Shown piece by piece: positions 61,587-64,000 of a stretch of DNA of 64,000 nucleotides (position 1 is the stretch's first letter; each line of letters starts with the position of its first letter). The translations under genes and the position numbers were made by a program. A model generated the notes under the pieces. It saw nothing but the letters and a program-made list of their open reading frames with translations, did not search any database and was not told where the DNA came from. This DNA is from Trypanosoma brucei (lineage: Eukaryota). The stretch spans positions 2,624,001 to 2,688,000 of the forward strand of contig CM000207.1 in NCBI GenBank assembly GCA_000002445.1, given 5' to 3'.

Positions 61587-63098
61587 GTGATGCCCGGCAG
61601 GAAAGTCTCTATAACCAGAAAAAGTCTGATGTCCGCTGTTGCAGCACTACTGACGCTAGTGTATGCCACAACACAAGCATCACCGGCGCCCATAACCGAG
61701 GCTGACACTGGACAAGCACAGATAACAGACGTCTGCAAGGAGGCGTTTTATTTGTCTGAGCTGCGAAAAAAACTCGCGGGAGGTGTCAGAAGAAGACGAA
61801 CACAAAGACAGAAATTACTGAAGCTAAAGAGGAAGTATAGGCTTGTGGCGACCCTTGCAACCCAAGCCAACGACAGGTGTCTTTACGCCGCTTTAGCTGC
61901 CAAGCTTGAGGGGCAAGCAGAGTCGGTACAGCAACAGGCCGACAAGGCCGACGATACAGCAACCACGGCCGTGGAACTAATTGCCGAACATGTAGGCAAA
62001 CTCAAGTACGCGCAAAAACTACCGAAAACAAAGACAGCCGTAGACGGCAACGGCTACAGCCGAGCGAGCAGCGGTGGCAATATTCACCTAGAGTTAACTC
62101 GGGAGTCAAGCGACAACGGGGGCTGCAAAGAAATTGACAGCTGGGGAAAATTCAGCAGTGAACATTCTGCAATAAACGCACCCAAGTTAACAGAAATTAA
62201 AATTACGTCAAACACTAACCTCACGACAAAAATATTCAAAGACAAAATAACCATTGGCGGGTTCAGTACATGCACAGGATCCGCAGTAGCAAAAACAGGG
62301 ACGTTCTAGAATGTACTAAACAGCTGCACGGTGCCACATAGCGAAACATTAACCTATGCGCGTAACAGCCCAGACTACTCTTACAGCACAAGCACAGCAG
62401 CATTCTACACAAATCATGACCCTGAGCAAGGTTGCAAAGATGCGACAGAAGTTGCTAAACCCGGAGCAGCTAACGACATCAAACTCCGCTATGCAGTATG
62501 CGAAGCGCTCGAAACTATACAAACAGACGGGGGCAAGGTGCCACCCTTAAATGGCAAAACACTGAAAGGCGACAAACTAGTAACAAATATACTAAGAAAC
62601 TGCTTACCTGCATACCGAGCAGTAGGTAAGCCGTGAGACTTAGTCGAAGCGAAGAATTTAAACGTTTTATAGAAGCAGCATATGGGCAGACGACGGGAAA
62701 TTCAAAGAGATTTTCGATACCCCACTCGACTCACGACAGATAACCGTCAAACTGAGTGACAAAACCGAAGACAAAGAACTAACTGCACTAGCTACATCTA
62801 GCGAATGCAACGAAGCGACTAGCCATAGCACTGGACAGCGGAACAAAAAAGAAGTTGAAACATCAAAGAAACAACCTGCCGGTGCACCAGTTGCTTCCAA
62901 AGAATCAGAAGAAATATGCAAGGACAAGGCACAAAAGGAGTGCAAAGAGGAAGATGGGTGCGTATTCAAGGAAGGAAAGTGCAAAGCTAAAGTAACCACA
63001 ACAACAGGGTCGACAGGAAACACCACAGGAAGAAGTTTCGTTCTAACAAAGAAGTCCCCTCTTTTGCTTGCATTCTCCCTCGCATTATTAAATTTCTA
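61587..63098 (+). pseudogene. VSG pseudogene (three frames).
   Basis: ORF 61587-62309 has the signal peptide region MMPGRKVSITRKSLMSAVAALLTLVYATTQASPA and an N-terminal domain. ORF 62331-62636 continues it. The C-terminus in a third frame reads …EEICKDKAQKECKEEDGCVFKEGKCKAKVTTTTGSTGNTTGRSFVLTKKSPLLLAFSLALLNF* and ends at about 63098. A 16-mer variant lies at 63163-63178. Confidence 0.85.
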
Positions 63099-63349
63099 AA
63101 AGATTATGCTCAATTTTATGAAAATTATGAAACTTTCTATTGTGAGAGAATTTGATAAGATTTGATATATTATAACTCTTTTCGATTAAAATTTGTAAAC
63201 TGTTCAAACATTCAAATATTTTGAAAACATAAAAATTGAGCAAATTTAATATGAAAGCGACTTATCGGTGTAAAGCAATAGAGTGATAGGGTTTGAAAAA
63301 TTATTGATATCCTCATTTGGTTTATTTGTTTATTTTATTAATATTGTTT

Positions 63350-63435
63350 TATGACGATGGTAATAATAACAATAATAATAGGAATGTGTTGTGAGTGTGT
63401 GTATACGAATATTATAATGAGAGTAGTGGTGAAGA
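63350..63435 (+). repeat. 70-bp repeat, forward orientation. Start of the next cassette.
   Basis: aataataacaataataataggaatgtgttgtgagtgtgtgtatacgaatattataatgagagtagtggtg. Confidence 0.85.
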
Positions 63436-64000
63436 GAAAATTGATGAACAAACACAAGCACTTACAGAAATTACAAGGACGAAATGAGAGTAAGTAAGTT
63501 AGTATGAGAGTGTGTGAGGGCACGAGTAATATTATTATTAAAGGGAAGCAAAAACATAGAGAGGAAAAAGGAGATCGAATGTACGCAACTTAAGACACAA
63601 ATATGATAATAGTCATTATCATACACAAGAAGGCGATGAAAGGGCTATCATGTATAAACCAGAGTGCAGTGTACAGGGAAAATGGACTCTCCACATTATC
63701 TTAAGTGAAAGAAGTAGCAATAAAAGTAAAAAATTGAACGAAAATAACAGTATGTAATAAGATAATATGCGACAACGAAGCGAACCACAAAAGGAAATGA
63801 TGCGTCATTATGAGAAGTAGTAGCTCGTTATGATCAGTATAGTACTCAAAAATGAAGATATAATACTGCAAAAATGATAATAGAGACGGTGTTTTTTTTC
63901 TTAATGGCGGGACCCTATGTTAGGAACTAAGGTCAGTTGACAATACTGATTAATAGAATAAATAAAATTTATTTGGGATAAGAAGTGGTTGAATTCCGAA

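Overview
This window looks like a Trypanosoma brucei-group subtelomeric variant surface glycoprotein (VSG) array. It is not a prokaryotic locus. I base that on four sequence features. Tandem ~76-bp '70-bp repeat' units of the form GATAGGAGAGTGTTGTGAGTGTGTATATACGAATATTATAATAAG followed by (TAA/TGA)n precede every gene cassette. The encoded proteins are Ala/Thr/Lys-rich, carry N-terminal signal peptides, and end in Cys-rich C-terminal domains with hydrophobic GPI-signal tails such as ...CRDSSILPNKHFALSVVSAAFAALLF. The VSG 3'UTR 16-mer TGATATATTTTAACAC is present. An ingi-type non-LTR retrotransposon is present. I count 17 VSG cassettes. Nine are on the minus strand at 1-30.9 kb, each with a reverse-complemented 70-bp repeat at its upstream, higher-coordinate side. 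Eight are on the plus strand at 39.0-63.1 kb, each with a forward 70-bp repeat upstream. Most carry frameshifts or stops and are pseudogenes, which is typical of silent VSG arrays. One is intact (40635-42215) and two are near-intact (29480-30871 and 44257-45804). The two arms diverge from a degenerate, minus-oriented ingi element at about 33.9-39.06 kb. Its roughly 1680-codon endonuclease/reverse transcriptase/RNaseH/zinc-finger ORF is broken by one in-frame TGA and one frameshift. A ~1.2-kb inverted repeat (32690-33901 and 38403-39615) brackets this ingi. The repeat consists of a 70-bp repeat, a VSG 3'-end fragment with its 3'UTR, and the first ~650 bp of the ingi. The result is a palindrome-like strand-switch structure, and the ingi is 3'-truncated exactly at the inner edge of the left repeat copy. 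Other points of interest are a short interstitial telomere tract (TTAGGG x3) just downstream of the intact VSG, a conserved ~0.9-kb co-transposed-region element with a Trp-rich degenerate ORF present in both arms, and recurrent +1 frameshifts that put the GPI signal out of frame in otherwise full-length VSGs. All calls rest on reading the sequence and the ORF track. I ran no database searches.
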